IMG/VR virus record: IMGVR_UViG_3300029305_001279
DNA: 64,000 nt
Reading direction: 5' to 3' (one strand)
Origin: a virus
The notes under the pieces were generated by a model. It worked only from the letters and a program-made list of their open reading frames with translations. It had not been told where the DNA came from and searched no databases. Shown piece after piece: positions 1 to 8,962 of the stretch. Each line of letters opens with the position of its first letter. Position 1 is the stretch's first letter. The translations under genes were made by a program, and so were the position numbers.

Positions 1-180
1 CCTCCCGAGCACAAGAAATCCCCCGCGCTGGATCTGATCTATAAAGGCCTGGAATCCATCGGCTATGAGATGTCCGATGAAGAACTGATGATGCAGCGCG
101 GTACCCATCCGCTGTACCAAAAGGCCAAGGAGCTGATCGCTGAGTACAAAAAGGCTCAGGAGGATGCAGGCCATGGCTAA
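1..180 (+). CDS. 3' end of a hypothetical protein (partial at window edge)
   Basis: Frame 1 is open from the window edge to TAA at 178-180 (...PLYQKAKELIAEYKKAQEDAGHG*). It abuts the next gene. Confidence 0.5.
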   Translation, partial: PPEHKKSPALDLIYKGLESIGYEMSDEELMMQRGTHPLYQKAKELIAEYKKAQEDAGHG

Positions 181-826
181 ACAGAAGAAGCAGAAGAAAC
201 AGAGGAAACCGAGCAAGGCCCGTGGTATCATGGGCCGCTCCGATATCCCCTATGCCCAGCGGCTGAACATGCAGCACGATAGCAACATCGTTGTCAACCG
301 TGACCATGCAGCAAAGATCGCCATGTTCTGCCTGAGTGCTGCCATGTACGAGGAGAAGGGCGTCGGCTACAAGCGGTTGATTCAATTCTCCTTCCACTTC
401 AAGGAGGTCGTGGACGAATTCTACGAGGATCCCGATCTGGGCATGGCCCACGCAAAGCACCGGATGGAGCAGATTGGTATGCCGATCTCCGGTGAGCTGT
501 TCACCATCGACGCGACAGGCAAGACTAAGCGGGAGCACGAAATTGACCTGAACCGTCTGCAGGCTGTTCAGATTGCGCTGATCTGCGGTTCCATCTCCAT
601 GAATGATATGTTCGGCTACGCCAAGGAAGTGCAGCAGCGTATCCTCAAAAAGTCGAACGAGTATTCCGCCCGGTATGCCAAGGAGGGCGAGAAGTTCCTG
701 CTTGAGAAGATGGAGAAAATCGGCTTCCAAGTCGTGAACGGCGAAGTCATCGGGTACATGGACGATGACGGAAAAATCCTCACACCGAAGCAATGGATGA
801 AGGAGGCTGGCCATGAGAGCACTTGA
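173..826 (+). CDS. hypothetical protein with a basic N-terminus
   Basis: ORF 164..826. ATG 173 lies 9 nt after AGGAGG (158-163); ATG 164 has no spacing. Confidence 0.6.
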   Translation: MAKQKKQKKQRKPSKARGIMGRSDIPYAQRLNMQHDSNIVVNRDHAAKIAMFCLSAAMYEEKGVGYKRLIQFSFHFKEVVDEFYEDPDLGMAHAKHRMEQIGMPISGELFTIDATGKTKREHEIDLNRLQAVQIALICGSISMNDMFGYAKEVQQRILKKSNEYSARYAKEGEKFLLEKMEKIGFQVVNGEVIGYMDDDGKILTPKQWMKEAGHEST

Positions 827-1232
827 TTCTTTGGAAATCTTGAAGGACCTCATTCGTCTGGAAAAGTGGCACGAGGACAACTGGAAAGACTTCACCGTCG
901 GCGGTGAGTGTTCCAACTGTGGCAACTGCTGCGGCAACTTCCTCCCTGTCTCCGAAAAGGAGATCCGCACCATCCATCGGTACTTGAAGAAGCATCCCAT
1001 CAAGGAGCAGATTCACCGGTACCCAACCGCAACCCCTATTGCTGACTTCACCTGCCCGTTCCGTTCCGACACCGAAAAGAAGTGCCTGATTTACGAAGTG
1101 CGCCCCATGATCTGCCGGGACTTCCGGTGCGATAAGCCGAAACAGAAGATTTTTGCAGACCGGGATCTGTATCAAGAAAAAAACGGTCTCTGCGATATGC
1201 GCGGAGAATTCTTTGGGAGGAAAATGCTGTGA
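813..1232 (+). CDS. YkgJ-family cysteine-cluster (CxxCxxCC) protein
   Basis: Contains CSNCGNCC...FTCPF...CLIYEVRPMICRDFRC, the layout typical of the YkgJ/UPF0153 zinc/iron-chelating domain. Confidence 0.6.
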   Translation: MRALDSLEILKDLIRLEKWHEDNWKDFTVGGECSNCGNCCGNFLPVSEKEIRTIHRYLKKHPIKEQIHRYPTATPIADFTCPFRSDTEKKCLIYEVRPMICRDFRCDKPKQKIFADRDLYQEKNGLCDMRGEFFGRKML

Positions 1233-1450
1233 TTAAATGCAATATCAACAGGAAGAAGAACAAAGTCTGGGTAAAGAGCGACGGAACCGCTGAAGAAATG
1301 ATGTCGGAAACCGCTGCTTTGATCCAGTTGACCTACCAGGGAATCAGGGAGAAGAATCCGGAGGCAGCCAATGGATACAAGCTCCACCTGCTGGGCCTGC
1401 TGCTGGATCCGGAAAGCCCCGTGTGGAAGGAGCCTGACCATGACAAATAA
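1229..1450 (+). CDS. hypothetical protein
   Basis: 73 aa ORF with start and stop overlapping its neighbours, as in translational coupling. Confidence 0.5.
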   Translation: MIKCNINRKKNKVWVKSDGTAEEMMSETAALIQLTYQGIREKNPEAANGYKLHLLGLLLDPESPVWKEPDHDK

Positions 1451-1973
1451 GGAACTCGCCAACGAACTGATTATCAGATACGCTGGCTTACCCCATCCTA
1501 TGCGCGGCATGATTCAGGAGGCAGCGCGGAGACTGCTTCAGATGGTGCCGGATGATCCGGCCAAGGCGGGAGCCATGGAGGCAGATAGCCTTCGTCAGCT
1601 GGCCGCTGAATGGCCGGTGACGAATAAACCCGGGATAATAACTTCTGACGAATGGCTCCGCTGTGTTTGCATCGCAGCTGCGGATCGGATAGATCAGATG
1701 TCAGAAACCATCGATTATGGCCGGACCATCAATGCCGAGAACGTCAGGCTGACGGCCGAGCGGGATGCCCTGAAAATCGACAAGCTGAACCTGATCGCCA
1801 TGGTGGAGCAGCTGGAGAAGATCCGGGCAGAACGGGATTCCATGGCTGCGTATTTGAAGAGGACCTCCGAGTGTGGCCTCTGCAAGCACTGTTATTGTGC
1901 CGAAGACGAGGGTCCCTGTAAATCGTGCTACACCGAGCAGAACTACCCCAAGTGGGAATGGAAAGGAGCATGA
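1440..1973 (+). CDS. hypothetical protein (coiled-coil, C-terminal Cys cluster)
   Basis: ATG 1440 lies 7 nt after AGGAG (MTNKELANELI...). C-terminus reads CGLCKHCYC...CKSCY. Confidence 0.55.
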   Translation: MTNKELANELIIRYAGLPHPMRGMIQEAARRLLQMVPDDPAKAGAMEADSLRQLAAEWPVTNKPGIITSDEWLRCVCIAAADRIDQMSETIDYGRTINAENVRLTAERDALKIDKLNLIAMVEQLEKIRAERDSMAAYLKRTSECGLCKHCYCAEDEGPCKSCYTEQNYPKWEWKGA

Positions 1974-1975
1974 CC

Positions 1976-2368
1976 ATGGATAGATTGACAACTGACAACC
2001 GGAGGACGAACCTTCAGACCTTGCTGAATTATGCCTATGCAAAAGACCGTGCCGTGCATCTGGTATTCGGCAACGATGAAGACAACATCCCCCTTGCCGA
2101 ATACATCGCACTTCAGGCCGGTGAGCACGGATGCCGCACAGATCCAAGAGAGGTCATGGAAGGTGGCTGCATGGAATGTGACTGCCCCATTGCCATCCTG
2201 AACGCGGTAGCCATTCAGGCAGCAGAGCTTCGGGCCCGGCTGATGATGATCGAGGACATCCTTGGCGATACCTACGACCTGGATCACCTCCGGGAGCTGA
2301 TGACCGCCGACCGGGAAGGCCGAACTGATAAAACCAAACAAGGAGATCTGAACCATGGAAAACATTGA
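1976..2368 (+). CDS. hypothetical protein
   Basis: ATG 1976 lies 7 nt after AGGAG (MDRLTTDN...), in the frame of ORF 1925..2368. Confidence 0.55.
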   Translation: MDRLTTDNRRTNLQTLLNYAYAKDRAVHLVFGNDEDNIPLAEYIALQAGEHGCRTDPREVMEGGCMECDCPIAILNAVAIQAAELRARLMMIEDILGDTYDLDHLRELMTADREGRTDKTKQGDLNHGKH

Positions 2369-2657
2369 ATTCATCCGATCCAAACTGACCAATGCCGAGC
2401 TTCTGGCAGGTCTGGCAGAGGAAGCCACCGAACTGGCCCATGCTGCGCTGAAGATACGCCGCGTCATGGATGGCAAGAACTACACGCCTGTCACCTTCGA
2501 CGAGGCATTTGCAAACCTCAAGGAAGAAATCGGCGATGTGCTGCTGTGTCTGGAAATGGTGGGCCTCACGGTGGAACTCGAATCCTACCGGAAGGACATG
2601 GATGCCAAGCTCGAACGCTGGGTGCGCCGGCTGAAAGGTGAAACCAAGGAGGGATGA
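2355..2657 (+). CDS. small MazG-like nucleotide pyrophosphohydrolase
   Basis: EEATELAHAALK and EEIGDVLLCLEMV resemble the paired EExxE / ExxGD(V/L)L helices of MazG-type NTP-PPases. Confidence 0.55.
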   Translation: MENIEFIRSKLTNAELLAGLAEEATELAHAALKIRRVMDGKNYTPVTFDEAFANLKEEIGDVLLCLEMVGLTVELESYRKDMDAKLERWVRRLKGETKEG

Positions 2658-2757
2658 CCATGGCCGGTACATACCGCCGTTACCCCCTGTGAGGCATTCG
2701 TGATAACTGCCTGCCGAAGCTGTATGGCTTCCTAAAGATTGGAGTCTAAAAATAGCC

Positions 2758-3963
2758 ATGGAAGAAATATCGAGGAGTAACAAGCAATGGACCAAGGAAG
2801 AAGAGAACTACCTCCAGGAGAAGTGGGGAATAGTGTCTATCCCTAGCATTGCAAAACATCTGGGGCGCTCGGTTCACGCAATCAAGATTAGAGCAGGACG
2901 AATGGGATTAGGACCAGTCTTGATGGGTGGCGACTATATCACTCTGAACCAACTGCTATACGCCGTAAAAGGCACCAATGCCGGAGGAAACTACACGCTG
3001 AAAAGCTGGGTTGAAAACCGAGGGCTGCCGGTCCACACCAAGAAAGTCGTCAACAACAGATTCCGCGTGGTCTACCTGCATGAATTCTGGGACTGGGCGG
3101 AGAAAAACCGCTCATTCCTGGACTTCTCAAAAATGGAACCGCTCGCCCTGGGAGAAGAACCGCCATGGGTAGCAGAGCAGCGGAAGAATGACTTCCACGC
3201 GTATTCCCTCCAACGGAAAGACCAATGGACCCCGGACGAGGATTCGCGGCTGAAGATGCTCCTCAATCAGCACAAATATGGATATGCCGAACTGTCAGAA
3301 ATGCTCCGCCGGTCAGCCGGAGCCATCCAGAGACGCATCTGCGACCTCGGCATAAAAGAGAGGCCGGTGAAGGCTGATAACCATGGTGAGAATGCCAAAT
3401 GGACTGATAGCGACTTCAAAATCCTGGCAGACGGCATCCGCCGAGGCGAAGGTTATACCACAATCAGCAGGAAGATAGGTAAATCCGAAAAAGCCATAAG
3501 AGGGAAAGTCTATTTCGTGTACCTGACCGAAAGTGCCGATAAAGTCCGGGGAATGATGGGAAATGGTCCCTGGGGAGCAGGGGCGCCGGCGCCGACTGTC
3601 AAGCAGGCAATCGTTCTTTCCAGAACCAGGACTGACACGAAACTACAGCTAGAGCGGCTCTGTGATGTCCTGCGGCATCGAGCAAAACAGCTGAAGGGAA
3701 AGGACTACGACCGGTACTTCCAGCGAGCCATGTGCGACAATTGGGACGACCTCCATGGTGAGTGCAAGGCCGGATGCGAGGACTGTGATAGCTGCACCGA
3801 GTTCATCCGGATCAGACCCCAATATTGTGTGCGTTGCGGCGCCACATTCTTTGAGCGATCAGAAAACCGTGTGTGCCAACCATGCAGGGTAGCTCGCCGA
3901 AAGATGGCATACAAGAAATACCGGCACCTCTACAAAGAAGTGGCCAAGAAAGAGGAGGACTGA
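2758..3963 (+). CDS. DNA-binding protein with three Myb/SANT-like repeats and a C-terminal Cys-rich domain
   Basis: Three W-x-acidic repeats (WTKEEENYL, WTPDEDSRLKML, WTDSDFKILADGI), each followed by a basic helix. C-terminus reads CxxxC..C..C...C..C...C..C. Confidence 0.55.
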   Translation: MEEISRSNKQWTKEEENYLQEKWGIVSIPSIAKHLGRSVHAIKIRAGRMGLGPVLMGGDYITLNQLLYAVKGTNAGGNYTLKSWVENRGLPVHTKKVVNNRFRVVYLHEFWDWAEKNRSFLDFSKMEPLALGEEPPWVAEQRKNDFHAYSLQRKDQWTPDEDSRLKMLLNQHKYGYAELSEMLRRSAGAIQRRICDLGIKERPVKADNHGENAKWTDSDFKILADGIRRGEGYTTISRKIGKSEKAIRGKVYFVYLTESADKVRGMMGNGPWGAGAPAPTVKQAIVLSRTRTDTKLQLERLCDVLRHRAKQLKGKDYDRYFQRAMCDNWDDLHGECKAGCEDCDSCTEFIRIRPQYCVRCGATFFERSENRVCQPCRVARRKMAYKKYRHLYKEVAKKEED

Positions 3964-3965
3964 CC

Positions 3966-4214
3966 ATGCCCAAGGGAGTATATGAGCGGACGCACCATCA
4001 CACCTATACGGTTTATGACAACCGCAAGGAATACCCGTGTCCGGTCACCATCGGCGGCACGGCGCGGGAGTGTGCAGCTGCCATGGGGATCTCCCTGGCC
4101 AGCTTCCACACCACCTACACGAAGCTGAAGAACGGAAACAAGAAGGCCACCCGGAAGTGGGATATCTTCCGGGATGGCCCCGGAGATACGGAGGAAGAAG
4201 AATGTACAAAGTGA
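3966..4214 (+). CDS. hypothetical protein
   Basis: ATG 3966 sits within the recurrent junction GGAGGACTGACCATG (MPKGVYERTHH...). Confidence 0.5.
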   Translation: MPKGVYERTHHHTYTVYDNRKEYPCPVTIGGTARECAAAMGISLASFHTTYTKLKNGNKKATRKWDIFRDGPGDTEEEECTK

Positions 4215-4447
4215 GAGCCTGTTTTGAGATCGCCGCAAGCGCCGGCATGGCCTATGATGAGCAGGGCAACCCCAGCTCCATTGGAATGCAAATCACCATC
4301 GGCGAATCCCTGGAGAAAATACCCTACGAAGAGCTGACGAAGAACATCAAAATCGATGCCGTCGCTTCCATGCTGAAAGTGGATCCGGAGGAGATCACCA
4401 TCATTACCCCGGAGGAATATGACGAAAGGTACGGTGACGATGAATGA
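4202..4447 (+). CDS. hypothetical protein
   Basis: Internal ATG of ORF 4037..4447 (MYKVRACFEI...), overlapping the upstream stop. Confidence 0.5.
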   Translation: MYKVRACFEIAASAGMAYDEQGNPSSIGMQITIGESLEKIPYEELTKNIKIDAVASMLKVDPEEITIITPEEYDERYGDDE

Positions 4448-4863
4448 TCCATGATTACGGCCAGCATTTCATTTTCCCCGGATGCAATGACGACACCACC
4501 GTGAAGAACATCATGGCCCAGGTTGAGGATCTGTCCGACCAGGCCATCTACAATGCCATCATCAAAGCGGCCCAGGAGGCAGGCGTCACGGATCTGTACC
4601 TGATGGACAAGACCTTCGTGCTCGATGCCCTCCGGGAGAAGCTGGAGCGTGAGAATCAGAAGCCGCTGACCATCGAGGAGCTGCGGCAAATGAACGGAAA
4701 GCCGGTGTGGATCGTGTGGTCGGACAACCGCATCAAGAGCCAGTGGTGGATCCCTGGGGACTACTCATGGTATGTGATGGAGTTCGATGACCCCATCATG
4801 GAGCGGAGATACGGGGAAAAGTGGATCGCCTACCGCCACAAGCCGAAGGAAGTGGTCGAATGA
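4444..4863 (+). CDS. hypothetical protein
   Basis: 139 aa ORF with ATGA overlaps at both ends. Confidence 0.5.
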   Translation: MIHDYGQHFIFPGCNDDTTVKNIMAQVEDLSDQAIYNAIIKAAQEAGVTDLYLMDKTFVLDALREKLERENQKPLTIEELRQMNGKPVWIVWSDNRIKSQWWIPGDYSWYVMEFDDPIMERRYGEKWIAYRHKPKEVVE

Positions 4864-5549
4864 TCGCCCCTGAAGTCAAAAGGACAGCCTACGAAATTGA
4901 ATTGGATAAAGCCCAATTACGGGCATGGCTCACAGTGGATCCCGACCAACCTGATTCAGAGTATGAGCAAATGAAGAGCACCATTGCCATGGCCATCCGC
5001 GAGGAACTGACTCAGGTACAGCAGAAATATCTCACCATGTACTATTTCGATAACATGGCAATTCAGGATATCGCCGATGAATGTGGCGTGAACAAATCCA
5101 CAGTCAGCCGGACGATCCGGCGGGCAGAAGACAGGCTGGCGAAGGTGCTGCGCTATGCCTTCAAGCGACTGCGGGCACCGTTTTTACCGAAACGCAACAG
5201 AAAAAGGAGAAAGCAAGGAGATAAAACCATGAGAAAACTATTTTGCTACGGCAAGCAGGATTACTGCGACAAGGCACTCTGCAATGGGTGTGAGGTTTAC
5301 GATGGATCCGGAGCCGAGTACCAGAAGATCGAAACCCGCGCCGACCGGATCCGCTCCATGAGTGACGAGGAGCTGGCGGATTTCATGAATAAAGAGCATG
5401 ACTTCTGCAAGAGCCTTCCCAAGTGCCTTGCGCAGCTGAAAACCGATGATCCGATCCCTGACCATTGGTGCGCGGCCTGCATCCTGGAATGGCTCCGGCA
5501 GCCCGTGGAAGGCACCAAGATCACCATCACCGGTGAGAAAAATGAATAA
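4860..5549 (+). CDS. sigma-70 region-4-like HTH protein fused in frame to a Cys-rich C-terminal domain
   Basis: QQKYLTMYYFDNMAIQDIADECGVNKSTVSRTIRRAEDRL is a region-4/LuxR-like HTH. An internal AAGGAG plus ATG at 5229 begins the Cys-rich half. Confidence 0.55.
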   Translation: MIAPEVKRTAYEIELDKAQLRAWLTVDPDQPDSEYEQMKSTIAMAIREELTQVQQKYLTMYYFDNMAIQDIADECGVNKSTVSRTIRRAEDRLAKVLRYAFKRLRAPFLPKRNRKRRKQGDKTMRKLFCYGKQDYCDKALCNGCEVYDGSGAEYQKIETRADRIRSMSDEELADFMNKEHDFCKSLPKCLAQLKTDDPIPDHWCAACILEWLRQPVEGTKITITGEKNE

Positions 5550-5784
5550 CAAGGAGACAAGCAAAATTCGCCTGCTTGCCGTAGAACGGATTATCCAGAG
5601 AGGCGAGCGTGTTACGATCAGTCAAATTCTGCGTGAGCTGGATCTGAAGTACGACATCCAAGCCGACAGAAAATCGATTGCTGCGGACATACGCGCTATT
5701 GATCGATTCATGCCAATAGAATCCATTAGAGGAAGGCATGGAGGTTACCAGGTCGTTGATGTCCTGGGTATGAGTAAAAATTGA
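5542..5784 (+). CDS. small HTH (DeoR/HTH_11-like) protein
   Basis: Contains RVTISQILRELDLKYDIQADRKSIAADIRAI. ATG 5542 overlaps the upstream stop. Confidence 0.5.
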   Translation: MNNKETSKIRLLAVERIIQRGERVTISQILRELDLKYDIQADRKSIAADIRAIDRFMPIESIRGRHGGYQVVDVLGMSKN

Positions 5785-5798
5785 GGACTGGTGAAATT

Positions 5799-5924
5799 AT
5801 GTTTGAATTCATGACGATGGAGGAAGTGTTCATCGTTACCTTTTTGATCGCAGTCATCACGGGCATTGCCCTGGGATTCGTGACCTACCGTATTTTTGAG
5901 AAAGATAGCAAAGAGGAGGAATAA
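5799..5924 (+). CDS. small single-pass membrane protein (41 aa)
   Basis: MFEFMTMEEVFIVTFLIAVITGIALGFVTYRIFEKDSKEEE has one hydrophobic helix. GAGGA lies upstream. It is too short for the ORF track. Confidence 0.35.
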   Translation: MFEFMTMEEVFIVTFLIAVITGIALGFVTYRIFEKDSKEEE

Positions 5925-5926
5925 CC

Positions 5927-6139
5927 ATGATGTCTCATAAAACCTTCCCGGAGGATCTGGAGAAGGACGAAACCGGCGTGCATTTCTCAGGCCCTTCCTG
6001 TAAGTTCACAGAGGGCGTCAGATGCTCCAAAACAGGCAGGCACTGTGAAAGATGCGGACATAACCCGGAAGTGTCCAAGGCGCGGCTCAGGGCGTTCTGT
6101 GAGGCCCATGAGATTACCATGCCTGATACCCACCGGTAA
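5927..6139 (+). CDS. hypothetical Cys-rich small protein
   Basis: 70 aa ORF starting 2 nt after the previous stop. Confidence 0.45.
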   Translation: MMSHKTFPEDLEKDETGVHFSGPSCKFTEGVRCSKTGRHCERCGHNPEVSKARLRAFCEAHEITMPDTHR

Positions 6140-6187
6140 AGATAATTGTTTTATCAAAATTTCCGTCAAAACATTCAGAAAAGGCAC

Positions 6188-6215
6188 TTCAAAAATCAAA
6201 TTCTTATGATATAAT
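6188..6215 (+). promoter_or_regulatory. sigma-A-type promoter candidate
   Basis: TTCAAA (6188-6193), 16 nt spacer, TGaTATAAT (-10 at 6210-6215), upstream of the gene at 6252. Confidence 0.4.
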
Positions 6216-6251
6216 CCCAATAGAATCATTACGTTTGTTGGGGGATCCGCC

Positions 6252-6596
6252 ATGAGCAAACTGGACGACGATATCCGAGCCGCAGATGCACTGGGCATCT
6301 CATATGGCTACTACATAGCCAGGTCCTATAATCCGTATGCTGCCATGGCGACCCCCACACCCAAAGTAAAAAGGCGCCGTACACGCAGATACACCGACGA
6401 GCAGCTTTTCCGCCTCTGGCAGGAAGGGTATACCGATGAACAGATCGGTCAGGCCGTCGGTGTATCGCGTCAGTTTATCCAGCGATGGAGAGACCAGCTG
6501 GAGCTTCCATCCACCTCGAAATTCCTCGTAAATACAAAAAAATACCGCCTCACCACAATGCGAGACGGTACCTATATCGTTATAATCTCTGACTAA
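6252..6596 (+). CDS. HTH-containing small protein
   Basis: YTDEQIGQAVGVSRQFIQRWRDQLELP is a helix-turn-helix segment. Confidence 0.5.
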   Translation: MSKLDDDIRAADALGISYGYYIARSYNPYAAMATPTPKVKRRRTRRYTDEQLFRLWQEGYTDEQIGQAVGVSRQFIQRWRDQLELPSTSKFLVNTKKYRLTTMRDGTYIVIISD

Positions 6597-6839
6597 TCTC
6601 TAATAATCTCAAACTTGTAAATTTTCCTGATAAGTTGATAGAAAATTTGATAGTTTTGTGATATGATTACATACAAGAAAAAACCCACCCCTTTGCTTGC
6701 CGGCTAGGGTGAGTTTTAGGTGAGATATGACAAAATCGGAATCCCGGTGAGAGATGCCTCTTTTGGCAAATCAGCAATATTTAGATACTCCGATTATATC
6801 ATATTCTGCGCCAAAATCAAGAGAAAATGGTGAGAAAAT

Positions 6840-8141
6840 ATGAAAAATTCGGGCAATCTCGCAGTACGAATTGATGCTGCTGAACAACAGCTTTTATTTC
6901 ATCACAACCCACAGAATACCAGCGGGTGGATCACACTCGCAAAGAAAGACCCCGATACAAAAAGATTCCGTCAATACCATTACCAACCGGAGGAGCTGGC
7001 AAGCGCTCTGTCTGATTGGATGGGAGAAGACGTTTATTATTCCCAAAATTCATTCTATAAGCCCCAGCGCCGTATTGATAACATCCGGCAGCTGAGGACC
7101 CTATATGTTGATCTCGATGTCTACACTATGGGCATGACCCCTGAATGGGTATTAGGCAAGCTGGAGTTTGAAGTCTTCGGACAGGCACTCCCTGAGCCGA
7201 ATATGGTCATCTTTAGCGGTCGCGGCCTCGTGCTGATCTGGCACATTGAACCGCTTCCCTATCAGGCTATGCCCCTTTGGAGAGCCGTTGAAACCTATTT
7301 CGTGAATCAGCTGAAAGAGGTTGGAGCGGATACCAAAGCCACGGATCCGGCGCGTATCTTCCGTCTGGCAGGCTCCATCAACAGCAAGAACAAAGCTGAG
7401 GTGAAAACGGAGTACCGGCACGACCACCGATATGACATCCACCAGCTCCAGTATGATTACCTTCCTGAGCTGTCACCAAAGAAACTGGCAGTCAAGAAGA
7501 AGGGCCGTCATACCAAGATCGTCCGGATGTTCAACACCTATACGCTCCACCTATCACGTGCAAGAGATCTTGCAAAACTGGTAGAATTGAGACAAGGTGA
7601 TGTGGAAGGATTCCGTGAGACCATTCTGTTCCTTTACCGCTACTGGACATGCTGCTTTACCGATGATCCCGACAGAGCCCTGGAAGACACCCTGAGCCTT
7701 AACAGTGAATTCCTTCGCCCCCTGCCGGAAAAAGAAGTGGCCAGAGCAACCAAGAGTGCCCAGAAAGCCTGGGAAGCCAAGTCTGATGTCAAAGCCAATG
7801 AAATAGCCAAGACTCTGGGTTATCCCGGAGCCGGTTATAACGTAAGCAACAGCAAGCTCATTGAATGGCTGGATATTTCTCCACAAGAACAGGAGCAGTT
7901 ATCCTCCATCATCGGTGCTGTTGAAAAACGGAGAAGGAACCGCATCCAGAAAAAGAAGTGGAGAAGATCCCAAGGTATGCGCCCTATGGAGGAGTACAAC
8001 CAGGAACGGAAACAGCAACTGTTCTCCAAATCCGAACAGTTGAAACAGCTCATTGAGGAGAATCCCTCCTGGACCAATAAACAGCTGGCAGATGCTATGA
8101 ATACCACTGTCCGGTCTGTGCAGAGATGGAAGAAACATTGA
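6840..8141 (+). CDS. replication initiator / primase-polymerase-like protein
   Basis: LYVDLDV (DxD), FSGRGLVLIWH (sGxGxH-like) and FRLAGSINSK follow the order seen in prim-pol/RepB-type replication proteins. C-terminus is basic with an HTH-like tail. Confidence 0.55.
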   Translation: MKNSGNLAVRIDAAEQQLLFHHNPQNTSGWITLAKKDPDTKRFRQYHYQPEELASALSDWMGEDVYYSQNSFYKPQRRIDNIRQLRTLYVDLDVYTMGMTPEWVLGKLEFEVFGQALPEPNMVIFSGRGLVLIWHIEPLPYQAMPLWRAVETYFVNQLKEVGADTKATDPARIFRLAGSINSKNKAEVKTEYRHDHRYDIHQLQYDYLPELSPKKLAVKKKGRHTKIVRMFNTYTLHLSRARDLAKLVELRQGDVEGFRETILFLYRYWTCCFTDDPDRALEDTLSLNSEFLRPLPEKEVARATKSAQKAWEAKSDVKANEIAKTLGYPGAGYNVSNSKLIEWLDISPQEQEQLSSIIGAVEKRRRNRIQKKKWRRSQGMRPMEEYNQERKQQLFSKSEQLKQLIEENPSWTNKQLADAMNTTVRSVQRWKKH

Positions 8142-8156
8142 GCAAGCAGGTTACAC

Positions 8157-8313
8157 CCTTCATCTAAGCGGACACATCATGTCACCCCCCAGAAATCCAA
8201 GTATAGCACTGTTTTTCAGGGAACCGGTGGAGGGTTTGTATGTATGGTTACAGACATACCTGAGCATACAGAGGTAAACCTCCTTCATCTAAGCGGACAC
8301 ATCATGTCACCCC
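8157..8313. repeat. pair of perfect 32-bp direct repeats (candidate origin iterons)
   Basis: CCTTCATCTAAGCGGACACATCATGTCACCCC occurs at 8157-8188 and 8282-8313, just downstream of the Rep-like gene. GACATACC(C)TGAGC is also repeated (8253, 8326). Confidence 0.8.
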
Positions 8314-8374
8314 TATTTGTAAAGGGACATACCCTGAGCCACCAGAGAGAAACGGAACATTGGAGTGAGAGACC

Positions 8375-8962
8375 ATGGCACGAAAACGGCCAGAGAGAGA
8401 TCAAGTTGAAAAGCTGTTATTAGAGAACCGCCGGCGCGATGCAAATGATATAGCGGAGGAAGTTGGGCTCGTAGAAACCATGGGCTATGATAAGGCCGTG
8501 GACTATGTGCGCAGCGTAAAAAAATCCATGAGAAAAGCAGGGACATTCCCTGACGAACCATATAGATTCGCTTCTGAAGAGGAGCGGCTGGAGGATATCA
8601 CCAAGCTGTTCGAGCTGAGAAAGGGAAAGACCATCAATGAACAGGTGGCCTACCTCATGCTCCTGCTGAACTGCTTCTATCGGCTCAGATCCCAGGATGA
8701 CGACATCCACTGGAGAGCCATGGATGATACCTACGAAAAGAACCTGGAGCTGGAGGAGCCGCTGCCATGGGACACTGCCATCCATATCTGTGAAGTTGCA
8801 CAGGCCAGATATATGCAGTCCATCAATGAGCAGGAGATCGCGCGGGCTAAGAGAAAAGGCCTTCCGTTTGCAGGCTTCTGTTATGCCAGTGATACGCTGA
8901 TCCGAGAGCTGGCCATCACCGATGAAGAACTCCAGCACATGAAAAGCATCAGGAAAGGATGA
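8375..8962 (+). CDS. hypothetical protein
   Basis: 195 aa ORF; I recognise no motif. Confidence 0.5.
   Translation: MARKRPERDQVEKLLLENRRRDANDIAEEVGLVETMGYDKAVDYVRSVKKSMRKAGTFPDEPYRFASEEERLEDITKLFELRKGKTINEQVAYLMLLLNCFYRLRSQDDDIHWRAMDDTYEKNLELEEPLPWDTAIHICEVAQARYMQSINEQEIARAKRKGLPFAGFCYASDTLIRELAITDEELQHMKSIRKG

Noticed and set aside
8157-8313. CRISPR array.
   Set aside because: There are only two repeat copies with one 93-bp spacer and no cas genes. The location next to a Rep-like gene fits iterons better.
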